A stretch of 64,000 bases of DNA from a virus (Duplodnaviria; Caudoviricetes): positions 1 through 64,000 of IMG/VR virus record IMGVR_UViG_3300014206_000010; one strand, given 5' to 3'. Below the pieces are notes generated by a model. The model saw nothing but the letters and a program-made list of their open reading frames with translations. It was not told the DNA's origin and searched no databases. Shown one piece after another: positions 55,486-63,473 of the stretch. The translations under genes were made by a program, and so were the position numbers. Numbering within the stretch: the stretch's first letter is position 1; every line of letters starts with the position of its first letter.

Positions 55486-55797
55486 AAATTTCGGTTCACG
55501 CAACGGCTCTTAGCTGTTGAGGGAACATTTGAATTATTTTGCCTGTTATTGGCTTGTAAGTACTCCACAAATCATACTTATATGCTGTCAAATCCATTCA
55601 CCCCCTTAAAAAATGATCGGATTGGCTTTTCATCTCCCCTTAGGTGAGTTTTGCATTCCGTTAGGCATTCCACCGATCATTTTTAAACACCGTACTATCG
55701 CGACGGATTAACGCATAATTGGCTGCTATGGTGGAGGTGACGGGAGTCGAACCCGTGTCCAAACATACTTTACTAAATGTATCAACGTACTTACTTC
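55486..55797 (-). ncRNA. ssrA: Circularly permuted (two-piece) tmRNA: acceptor piece ~55797-55729, intervening segment 55728-55606, coding piece from 55605
   Basis: T-arm and acceptor GGACACGGGTTCGACTCCCGTCACCTCCACCA precede GGGGGTGAATGGATTTGAC; 7-bp acceptor stem with G3.U70 and A73; two P2 helices; tag frame 55543-55496. Confidence 0.9.
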
Positions 55798-55799
55798 AT

Positions 55800-55958
55800 T
55801 TATAACTTTGCTAAAATTAATAACCGAATTATAATTAAAAATAACAATATAATACATAATATGTACGCTTTCTTATCAGAACTTTTAATAACTTGTTTAA
55901 TGTCCTCTCTAATAGCTTTATTTTCCTGAACTTCTTTATTCTTCTTTACTTTAAACAT
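55800..55958 (-). CDS. 52-aa protein with C-terminal TM (not in ORF track)
   Basis: MFKVKKNKEVQENKAIREDIKQVIKSSDKKAYILCIILLFLIIIRLLILAKL. Confidence 0.45.
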   Translation of the reverse strand: MFKVKKNKEVQENKAIREDIKQVIKSSDKKAYILCIILLFLIIIRLLILAKL

Positions 55959-56235
55959 AAGGCTCTATGTTTTTTTTTAGCCAAACTTCATCTTGGAAAT
56001 TCTTTTTAAACTCCTCAATTTTCTTATCTGCTTCTTCTTTCGTATCTGCTTCAAATAGTTGAGACGAAGGACAAAGAGTATTAGCATAAGCATCTAATTG
56101 CGCTTGTTGATTATCATATATTCTTGTCCTTGCTAAATCAGGTGAATATACAGGAATATTTGGATTATCACAAATATCATCAGGCAAGACATCATATTTT
56201 GTCCACGCCATATAAACTCCATAAATTTTACCCAT
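55951..56235 (-). CDS. Hypothetical protein (start revised to MGKIYG)
   Basis: ORF track; avoids overlap with upstream gene. Confidence 0.5.
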   Translation of the reverse strand: MGKIYGVYMAWTKYDVLPDDICDNPNIPVYSPDLARTRIYDNQQAQLDAYANTLCPSSQLFEADTKEEADKKIEEFKKNFQDEVWLKKNIEPYV

Positions 56236-56239
56236 AATA

Positions 56240-56440
56240 TTATTCCTCCGTTTCTTTGTTAAGTTTTTCAACCATATCCATAGAGACACAAAGCAAGTTA
56301 TTGTAATCTGAACTTTGAGCTTCTTTTAGATATTTATCAATTTGTTCTCGATTCTTTTTCTCTTTTTTCATGCATCTTGTTACATATCCCATAATACAAA
56401 ATGCGTTACCGTCTATTCCTACTAAATTATATTTTTCCAT
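56240..56440 (-). CDS. Small conserved phage hypothetical protein
   Basis: 'LVGIDGNAFCIMGYV...SSDYNNLL'. Confidence 0.6.
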   Translation of the reverse strand: MEKYNLVGIDGNAFCIMGYVTRCMKKEKKNREQIDKYLKEAQSSDYNNLLCVSMDMVEKLNKETEE

Positions 56441-56442
56441 AA

Positions 56443-56745
56443 TTAAAAATTTACTTTATTTGTTACATAAATAACAATTTTCTTTACTCCGTTATTTGAT
56501 ACAAACCCTTTAATTGCATCAATGAATAATCTTTCGCCCTTATAAGAAATTTCTATATGAGCGTCTCCATCTAACATTTTAGTTAAAGATTCAGCGAATT
56601 TAGGGTCTTCTGCTTCCTCCTCTTTACTCATTTTAAAACTTTCTTCTACCTTATCCCTCAAATACTGAAGTCTGGTGTAATTTGCTCCCAAATCATCCGT
56701 ATATTGTTCAGGAGTCAATTTGTCAAATTTGTTGTCTGTTTTCAT
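56443..56745 (-). CDS. Hypothetical protein
   Basis: ORF track. Confidence 0.5.
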   Translation of the reverse strand: MKTDNKFDKLTPEQYTDDLGANYTRLQYLRDKVEESFKMSKEEEAEDPKFAESLTKMLDGDAHIEISYKGERLFIDAIKGFVSNNGVKKIVIYVTNKVNF

Positions 56746-58082
56746 AATCTTATACTTTTATTTGTTAAAAAATCCAACGCTTCATTAATTTCTTGGTCAG
56801 CTGGAATAGCATCAGCCGAAGGTTCAAATCCCGCAAGATATGCTGCTTCTAACATCTGTTTATCATCTTGGTCTAAAACATTTACCCTTGTTGAATTGTC
56901 GCTCATATTATAATTTAGTCCTTCAGGAATATATTCAATTCCATATTTATTAAAGAGTGCTACAACGCTATCCCAATTACATTCTTCTCTGCTATCATTT
57001 TTTTCAAAGAACATTTTATCAACCGTTATTCTATAACCCTTGATAATAAGTTTTAACGCTTTTGCTTGTGCTTCTGAAAGTTTCTTGTTACCTTTAGCAG
57101 TTTTATGCATAGTAACAAATTCGTCAATTGTTAGTTCCTTCTTTACCTTCTTTGCTTTTTTTACTTTCTTCACAGACTTTGTTTCCTTCTTAACAACTTT
57201 CTTTACAGGCTCAGACTTCTTTGTAGAAGTCGTTGCCTTGTCAGTACGTTTTCCCTGCTTCTTGTCAGCTGGATTAATTCTCCAATCGAATTTTCCTTCA
57301 GCGTATTCCGTCCATAACCAAGTCGGGTGATTAGGATGAACGTCGCCCACTTTGCGAACAGTTTTAGCTTTCTTCTCCTTCGTCTGTTCCCCTTTATCAG
57401 CCTTCTTAGTTTCTTTCTTTGTAGATGCTTTATTTACTTTAGCAGCTTTCATATCTTCAGCTTTCATATCATAAAAACTCATGTTTTCCTGATTAGAGAA
57501 AATAATAACATCATAACCAGTTTCTGTATCATAAGTTTCACAAATGTTTTTCTTGACTAAACTACCCATAACACCTTTAACGGTCTTGACTTTCATATTA
57601 AGTAAATTAGCAATATCATTACAATCAATATAACTATAAACTTCTCCAAAATTATCTTTCAGTTGGTCATTCAATAACAAAATCACTTTAATTTCTTTTT
57701 CTGTTAATTTGAACGAATCCATAATTTCTTTGACGTTCTTATAATTAATAGCTTTGACAACTTTTTCAGTAGGTTTGCTTGCATCTTCTAAATTCTTTAA
57801 GCGACAAAACAAGATATTCTGAATGTCTCCGTTTGTAACATCTTCGCTTTTAATATTTTTTAACTCAGCAAGATTATTCCAATTATTGAGAATATATTTA
57901 GCAAGTTCCCTTGCTTCTTTAGCAGCTGGACGTCTTTTGCTTGAAATAGCAGATAGTTTTACAGCTTTAATTTCATTGAGCTTTATAAGACACTCATCCA
58001 TTACAGAAATAACCTTTTCAACTGCGTTACTTACATTCTTATTATCTTCCACCTTTACGGTCTTATTTAATTTTGTTGTCAT
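56742..58082 (-). CDS. Early multidomain protein: MarR-like wHTH plus Trp-rich module plus Lys-rich linker
   Basis: 'LTEKEIKVILLL...DIANLLNMKVKTVKGVMGSLVKKN'; 'VGDVHPNHPTWLWTEYAEGKFDWR'. Confidence 0.55.
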   Translation of the reverse strand: MTTKLNKTVKVEDNKNVSNAVEKVISVMDECLIKLNEIKAVKLSAISSKRRPAAKEARELAKYILNNWNNLAELKNIKSEDVTNGDIQNILFCRLKNLEDASKPTEKVVKAINYKNVKEIMDSFKLTEKEIKVILLLNDQLKDNFGEVYSYIDCNDIANLLNMKVKTVKGVMGSLVKKNICETYDTETGYDVIIFSNQENMSFYDMKAEDMKAAKVNKASTKKETKKADKGEQTKEKKAKTVRKVGDVHPNHPTWLWTEYAEGKFDWRINPADKKQGKRTDKATTSTKKSEPVKKVVKKETKSVKKVKKAKKVKKELTIDEFVTMHKTAKGNKKLSEAQAKALKLIIKGYRITVDKMFFEKNDSREECNWDSVVALFNKYGIEYIPEGLNYNMSDNSTRVNVLDQDDKQMLEAAYLAGFEPSADAIPADQEINEALDFLTNKSIRL

Positions 58083-58160
58083 ATTATTTTGATTTTAATT
58101 ATTATAAACTTATTGATTTGTTAAAATAAACTTTGTTAAAAATAAACTTCATGAAGTTAT

Positions 58161-58718
58161 TTATTGATGGGGATGTTTCTGTATGAAGAATGTCATACTT
58201 TCAGTTTCCGAACAGCTTTTACGGATTTCTTCCCAACTCTGACAATAACCTTCTATTTCTATAAAATCACCATTCCAACCGTTCACTGAATAAGAATAAT
58301 GAGTAAGCGGTCTCCAATTAGGATGTTTTTCAAAGTCTTTTGATTTTCCAGTTTTAGAATTTTCTATTGTCGTAGAACAACTTCCTATACGTCCCATTAA
58401 ATATGACCACCTGTTACAAACTCTAATATCAGTTTCTTTACCGAATTTGTTATACCAAAGTTTACATTCTTCTTTTGTTAAATCATGTTTTGTGCCGTTG
58501 ATAAAAGATTTTTTATTTTTGAAAGCAACCTTTTCTTCTACTTTAGGTTCTTCTGATTTAGGTTCTTCCAATTTAGGTTCTTCTACTTTAGGTTCTTTTG
58601 CTTTGGTAGATTGAGTCTTAATAGTTCTCCAGTCAAATTTTCCTTTAGAATATTCAGTCCAAGCCCATTTACCGTTTGAATGAACATCTCCAACTTTTCT
58701 TGAATTATTTGCTTTCAT
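58161..58718 (-). CDS. Early protein with N-terminal Trp-rich module and EEPK repeats
   Basis: 'RKVGDVHSNGKWAWTEYSKGKFDWR'; 15-nt tandem repeats at ~58530-58595. Confidence 0.6.
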   Translation of the reverse strand: MKANNSRKVGDVHSNGKWAWTEYSKGKFDWRTIKTQSTKAKEPKVEEPKLEEPKSEEPKVEEKVAFKNKKSFINGTKHDLTKEECKLWYNKFGKETDIRVCNRWSYLMGRIGSCSTTIENSKTGKSKDFEKHPNWRPLTHYSYSVNGWNGDFIEIEGYCQSWEEIRKSCSETESMTFFIQKHPHQ

Positions 58719-58756
58719 AATCTTTATATTTTATTTGCTATTATATATTTATACTA

Positions 58757-58787
58757 CAAAGATAATACTTTTTTAGCAAACGGCAAA
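58757..58787 (-). promoter_or_regulatory. Bacteroidota-type promoter
   Basis: TTTG-N19-TATCTTTG. Confidence 0.8.
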
Positions 58788-58870
58788 ACTTTTTACCAAT
58801 TATTTTTGGTAAATTTTTAATTTTTAGCAAGATTTAACTTTTACTTAATAAATAAGCTAGAAAACCCAAT

Positions 58871-58903
58871 AAAAAAAGCTCTAAACTTCACAGCCCAGAG
58901 CTT
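58871..58903 (-). terminator. Terminator
   Basis: AAGCTCT/AGAGCTT stem plus T-run. Confidence 0.55.
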
Positions 58904-58961
58904 CACAAATTATAAATGAAAACAATCAATTCAATAAATTATATTACTTAATCTTTTATCA

Positions 58962-59246
58962 TTATAAGTTTTGCCACCAATACTCTTCTTCACAAGAATC
59001 TTTAGAATCACTTACAGTACTTTCTTCTCCTTCATTTGGAATTTCTTTGTTTACTTTAACTTTTCTTTTTGCTACCCAAAGTGTCTGATTTGGTATTCTA
59101 TTATAAGTAAATCCAAGGAGTTTTATTTTATAACTCTTTTCTGTTTCTTCTACGACTTTAACCGCTACCTGATGTTTGATAAGATTTTTATCAAAATCCA
59201 TAGTGGAATAATTATAAATTCCGTATTTGGTTACTAATTTAGACAT
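58962..59246 (-). CDS. Hypothetical protein
   Basis: ORF track. Confidence 0.5.
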   Translation of the reverse strand: MSKLVTKYGIYNYSTMDFDKNLIKHQVAVKVVEETEKSYKIKLLGFTYNRIPNQTLWVAKRKVKVNKEIPNEGEESTVSDSKDSCEEEYWWQNL

Positions 59247-59491
59247 CGCTCATTTTTATATAAATCTTTCAAATATTTTTCTACATTTGCTGGTAATGTA
59301 GTTTCAGATTTACTTGATACAAATATTTCAGGTTCTTTTAAACTTATATTTTGTTTGTCAATATAAATACCAATACATAACCATTCAAATTCTAAAGTTC
59401 TACTTCCAACATTTAAATTGATAGCTGGAAGGATAGCCCAAAAACTCTTGGGTGTTAAATCAATATCAATCTTTAGACTTATACGTTTCAT
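59234..59491 (-). CDS. Hypothetical protein
   Basis: ORF track. Confidence 0.5.
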   Translation of the reverse strand: MKRISLKIDIDLTPKSFWAILPAINLNVGSRTLEFEWLCIGIYIDKQNISLKEPEIFVSSKSETTLPANVEKYLKDLYKNERCLN

Positions 59492-59532
59492 AGCTTATTA
59501 TTTTTTTCTTATTAACCTATTAAACCTTGTAA

Positions 59533-60366
59533 TCATTTAATCTTACTCCAATGAACTATAACATCCAAACTTTCTTTACCTTCAAAATCTCCTCCCCAAT
59601 TGTTATTATTTCTTTTCTTGATAGATATTATATCAGGGAACGCTTCCGCCATACGTTTGGTCTCTGAATTCATAAAATCAACATTCCTATAATTAGAGCA
59701 ACCCCCTTTGGCATTAGAACCGCTTGTCTTATCAAACGCAAATTTATTTGTAATTAATATATCATACCCCATTTTCCGCATTGCTATACCAGTAGCAAAA
59801 TCTTCCTTGATAGGCCAATCGGACATATATATAGGATTCTTCTTCTGAGAATAATATTTCTTACAATCAACCCCCCATATAGCAAAGAAACGTTTATTGC
59901 GTTCTATATCCTTCATACCAATTCTATTGAAAGGTCTGAATGAAATTCCGGCAATACCTATATTCTTTTCATCAAGAGAATCCCATAACCAATTAAACAT
60001 ATTAGCCTGATGTTCTAATATTTCGCTGTCAGTAAAATTATTCTTGTTTAACACTCTCGGAGTCTTGTATCCGTCGAGACGTACTGAGAACGTTATATTA
60101 TCGTCCACAAATATTATCTTTCCCTTAGGAGCGTTGTAAGCAAGCCATTCCCTTACTTCAGCAAGATTCTTAGCATTGGAATCATATTCTTGAATATTTT
60201 TAACCTTATCACCCCAATTCTTTTGATGCAACTTTAATTCTCCTGAATGACAAAACAAAGAAATTTGTTTTAATATTTCCGGATGTAACCTTTTCAAAGT
60301 TTTTTGATCATCAACTCTGCCCCGAGTTGTCAAAGCAATAAATATATCTTTGTTTATTTTTCTCAT
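59533..60366 (-). CDS. GT-A glycosyltransferase, TAGT/GREB1-like (putative DNA-base glycosyltransferase)
   Basis: 'IALTTRGR', 'IIFVDDNI' (DxD-type), 'KEDF...GY', 'GGCSNYRN'. Confidence 0.7.
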   Translation of the reverse strand: MRKINKDIFIALTTRGRVDDQKTLKRLHPEILKQISLFCHSGELKLHQKNWGDKVKNIQEYDSNAKNLAEVREWLAYNAPKGKIIFVDDNITFSVRLDGYKTPRVLNKNNFTDSEILEHQANMFNWLWDSLDEKNIGIAGISFRPFNRIGMKDIERNKRFFAIWGVDCKKYYSQKKNPIYMSDWPIKEDFATGIAMRKMGYDILITNKFAFDKTSGSNAKGGCSNYRNVDFMNSETKRMAEAFPDIISIKKRNNNNWGGDFEGKESLDVIVHWSKIK

Positions 60367-60605
60367 TTTGATTTGTAAAAATAATTAATATCAAATTTAT
60401 ACAATTTTTTCCAATCAATAGGAAAGAATGGTGAAATATTATTTTTATTTATACAATCAATCATTCTTTTTGCATCTTCCTGAGTTGTAAACAAAGCAAC
60501 AGCAATTATTGTTGCTCCATAACCAGGATGAGTATCTCTTACTTTAATACTACCAAAAAGTCTATTGATTTTAAAACAATTTTTTCCAATTTTAACTATT
60601 TTCAT
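60363..60605 (-). CDS. Hypothetical protein
   Basis: ORF track. Confidence 0.5.
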   Translation of the reverse strand: MKIVKIGKNCFKINRLFGSIKVRDTHPGYGATIIAVALFTTQEDAKRMIDCINKNNISPFFPIDWKKLYKFDINYFYKSK

Positions 60606-60625
60606 AATACAATGCTTTTACAATG

Positions 60626-61864
60626 TTATTTCTTTTTCTTATTACCGCTATAATATTCTGTATTTTTATTCTTGTATTTTCCTGCTTTAGTTTTGCTCGG
60701 TGGTATATTATCTTTTCCTCTTCCTCTTCCTAAATTATTTCGATCAAGTTTTTCTTCTTCTTTAGCAACAGGACGTTTCCGTTCCGCATCTGCATCAAAC
60801 TCTGCTTGTCTTGCTTCCATCTCCCGCTTTTGCTTCCTTATTTTTCCAAGGAATAATTCCTTGGTCCTTTCAGCAGAACTTTTTTCTACTTCTGTAACGT
60901 CTTCTGCTTTTACATCCATTGTTTTATTTCCTGCTGTTTTCTCAATTACAGAAAAATCATAAGCACTTTGGGATGGATATTTCATTTCTGCATCTGCATC
61001 AAAATCACCGCTTATATCTACAAACTTTGCGTAATAACTATTATGTAATCCAGCAACTAATTTCTTTGTATCAAAATTCATTCTTGCCGCTACACGTCCC
61101 AATATAATTTCTTTCAAATTAATTGTCTTGAGTATTTCTTTTTGAATATGATTCTGGATTGTTACTTCTACATTAATATCCAAAGAACCATTAATGTTAA
61201 CAACGTCTCCTTCTGCTTCCTTGCGGATTTGTTCCAAAGTACGAAGCATAGATGTATATGCATCTATTCCATTCAGCGAAACATATCTTGCTTTCATTTT
61301 ACTATACATCCAAGCAAGTTCTTCCAACCTTGGACGTTTGTTATAAAGTCTGACATCTGAAACACGATTACGAAATTCTTCACGCTTCTTCTCAATCTCT
61401 ACAATATGTTTCTTTAATATTTCCTTGACATCATCCTCATTAACAATAATACTATAATCTTCCCCCATTATCTTTACTACTTCCGCAACGGTAAACATTC
61501 TTCCAAGGAGTTCAATTATATCTTCTTCAAAGGGGGATAATTTATACACAGCTATTTCTTCTTTCTTTCTTCCCCCATAACAACCTGCCCTACCATACGC
61601 CATAGCCTTTGCGCTTGATATCTTGCCTCTCATTACATTATACTGCCTTTTGAGTTCCATGATATCTTCTTGTTCTTTTAAACTGAGATGTTCTATGAAC
61701 TTTCTCAATCTATGCGGTAACATAGCAATGTTGATTTCATCTCCTTGCGAAGTTATATACATTGTATTGCGTATTGTTTTAGTTCTTTGTAACGCAATCA
61801 TTTTTTTATATTCCTTTGGGTTAACAACACCCTCTGGTATAGGTATGACTTTAATTTTTTCCAT
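60626..61864 (-). CDS. Putative DUF2280-like terminase small subunit / DNA-binding protein
   Basis: HTH-like 'FTVAEVVKIM' and 'NKRPRLEELAWMY...LEQIRKEAEG'. Confidence 0.4.
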   Translation of the reverse strand: MEKIKVIPIPEGVVNPKEYKKMIALQRTKTIRNTMYITSQGDEINIAMLPHRLRKFIEHLSLKEQEDIMELKRQYNVMRGKISSAKAMAYGRAGCYGGRKKEEIAVYKLSPFEEDIIELLGRMFTVAEVVKIMGEDYSIIVNEDDVKEILKKHIVEIEKKREEFRNRVSDVRLYNKRPRLEELAWMYSKMKARYVSLNGIDAYTSMLRTLEQIRKEAEGDVVNINGSLDINVEVTIQNHIQKEILKTINLKEIILGRVAARMNFDTKKLVAGLHNSYYAKFVDISGDFDADAEMKYPSQSAYDFSVIEKTAGNKTMDVKAEDVTEVEKSSAERTKELFLGKIRKQKREMEARQAEFDADAERKRPVAKEEEKLDRNNLGRGRGKDNIPPSKTKAGKYKNKNTEYYSGNKKKK

Positions 61865-61889
61865 TAATCTTTTTATTTACAAAATCTCT

Positions 61890-62186
61890 TTACCTTTTTA
61901 TATTTGTTTTTGTTAACGTTTTAGTTGCGCTTATTTTTCTTTTATGATATTTTTTCATTATACGCAAACGTTTTACTCTTACAACGCAAAGAGGATAATT
62001 ATTTTGCTTAGGATAATCTGATATCTTTACTATCTCAAATTTCTTTTGCCTATCTATGAAAGCTGTTATTTGATATTTTGCTTTCTGATAATATATGAAT
62101 ATACGAAAAGACATTGGGGAATCTATTTTTACCTCAACGTCTTTATCTCTTTTTCTCAATTCCTTTTCAAGTTGTTTTAAATTCAT
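61890..62186 (-). CDS. Hypothetical basic protein
   Basis: ORF track. Confidence 0.5.
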   Translation of the reverse strand: MNLKQLEKELRKRDKDVEVKIDSPMSFRIFIYYQKAKYQITAFIDRQKKFEIVKISDYPKQNNYPLCVVRVKRLRIMKKYHKRKISATKTLTKTNIKR

Positions 62187-62191
62187 AATAC

Positions 62192-62542
62192 TTAATCCTC
62201 ATGTATATCTTTATAAATTACATAGACGCAATTACAATGTCTTTCTAAAATAAAATATTTTGTTTTTGGGCATTCTTCTATAAACTTATCTACCATATCA
62301 CAAATATCTTTTCCTCTCATATCATGTCTATACCAATCTGTGACTACTATTATTACATCATAAGGAACTCCATACATGAGAATCATAAAACGTAATGAAG
62401 AAGAAAGAACTTCTGAATTTGTTTTAGTAAGAGAAACAACCGTAGATTTTAATACAACTTCTTTTGCGCCCTTTCTTTTAAAGAATTTAACAATAGACAT
62501 AAACTCTTTGTATTTATTACTTACCTTTTCTACATTATCCAT
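62192..62542 (-). CDS. Hypothetical protein
   Basis: ORF track. Confidence 0.5.
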   Translation of the reverse strand: MDNVEKVSNKYKEFMSIVKFFKRKGAKEVVLKSTVVSLTKTNSEVLSSSLRFMILMYGVPYDVIIVVTDWYRHDMRGKDICDMVDKFIEECPKTKYFILERHCNCVYVIYKDIHED

Positions 62543-62551
62543 ATTAATATT

Positions 62552-62694
62552 TTATTTCAATTTTGCAATTAATCTTTCATTATCTTTTGCTAATTTCTGT
62601 ACTATATCATACATCTTTTTAATATTATTCAATGTTAATGCTTTTTCAATAAATCTCTATTCCTATCAATTTGTTTTTGTATTTTATTTTCCAT
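62552..62694 (-). pseudogene. Small ORF broken by an apparent 1-nt deletion at ~62651-62653 (47 aa if repaired)
   Basis: MENKIQKQIDRNR, then -1 frame FIEKALTLNNIKKMYDIVQKLAKDNERLIAKLK*; span 143 nt = 3n-1. Confidence 0.45.
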
Positions 62695-62702
62695 TACAAA
62701 AT

Positions 62703-63128
62703 CTATTTAACAGTCTTCAAAAATTCTTTAGGAATTATCAAATTACAAGGAATAACATCATTTTCTAAAGATGGAGAATTTCTTCCCATAGCATTCCAAA
62801 ATATTCTTTTGATATCTTCTATACTCCATCCGGCAATTCCGCAACCTATTTTTGTCAAATAAAATGTAAATTGTCGATTATTCAATACAAAATTTATAAA
62901 TCTATCAATACTTGCTTCCAAAGCTTCTTCTGATACTTTCTTCATATTCTCATCAAGAGTTGGTATAGCATAAGATTTGCCTTGTAGCCCTTCAGAATTT
63001 CCCCATTTTGCTTCAAACTTTTGAAAAGCTATATCAGCAGCTCCTCCTATATGAAAACCATTTTTATTACTTCCAAATACAAAAACTTCATTTAATCCAA
63101 GATTGATAATAATTTCCGGAGTATACAT
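62703..63128 (-). CDS. Macro-domain-like protein
   Basis: 'VFVFGSN..G.HIGGAA', 'YAIPT', 'TKIGCGIAG'. Confidence 0.55.
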   Translation of the reverse strand: MYTPEIIINLGLNEVFVFGSNKNGFHIGGAADIAFQKFEAKWGNSEGLQGKSYAIPTLDENMKKVSEEALEASIDRFINFVLNNRQFTFYLTKIGCGIAGWSIEDIKRIFWNAMGRNSPSLENDVIPCNLIIPKEFLKTVK

Positions 63129-63161
63129 TATTTGTTTTATTATTTATTATATAAACTTTGT

Positions 63162-63194
63162 AAAAAAAAAGAAAAGGAGAATGAAATCTCCTTT
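63162..63194 (-). terminator. Terminator
   Basis: AAAGGAGA/TCTCCTTT stem plus T-run. Confidence 0.6.
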
Positions 63195-63275
63195 ATCTAA
63201 ACATTAAGAACATAGAATATGTTATTAACTAATCAAAATCTTTATATCAAAAAATTCTTATTATTGATATAAACC

Positions 63276-63467
63276 TCATTTGTTTATTTTTTTAGAAATT
63301 TCTTCACTGACAGAAGGATGAGTTTTAGTAACATCTTCTTTGTTTTCTTTTTTACCTTTTTTCCTTCTAATTTTAGGAACTGGAATGAACTTTCTTGGAG
63401 ATTCTCCAATGTCTTCTTTTGATTTATTTAATTCATCATCAAAAGTTTTCTTTTTAATATCTTCCAT
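63276..63467 (-). CDS. Small charged hypothetical protein
   Basis: ORF track. Confidence 0.4.
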   Translation of the reverse strand: MEDIKKKTFDDELNKSKEDIGESPRKFIPVPKIRRKKGKKENKEDVTKTHPSVSEEISKKINK

Positions 63468-63473
63468 AATTAA

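Noticed and set aside
55729-55760. Stand-alone tRNA gene suggested by GGTTCGACTCC...CCA
   Set aside because: No D-arm or anticodon arm upstream; the acceptor strand pairs with the downstream GGGGGTG, so it is part of the permuted tmRNA
58530-58595. Short tandem repeats as a possible CRISPR array or iterons (also 34570-34670 and 53170-53200)
   Set aside because: All are in-frame coding repeats (EEPK, MPQQNSIENNNL, DSSI) without unique spacers; no cas genes
888-62862. All + strand ORFs in the track, and short alternative-frame minus ORFs (e.g. 16290-16475, 20062-20265, 35413-35622, 43999-44202)
   Set aside because: They lie antisense to or inside well-supported genes and have no recognisable motifs; they are shadow ORFs
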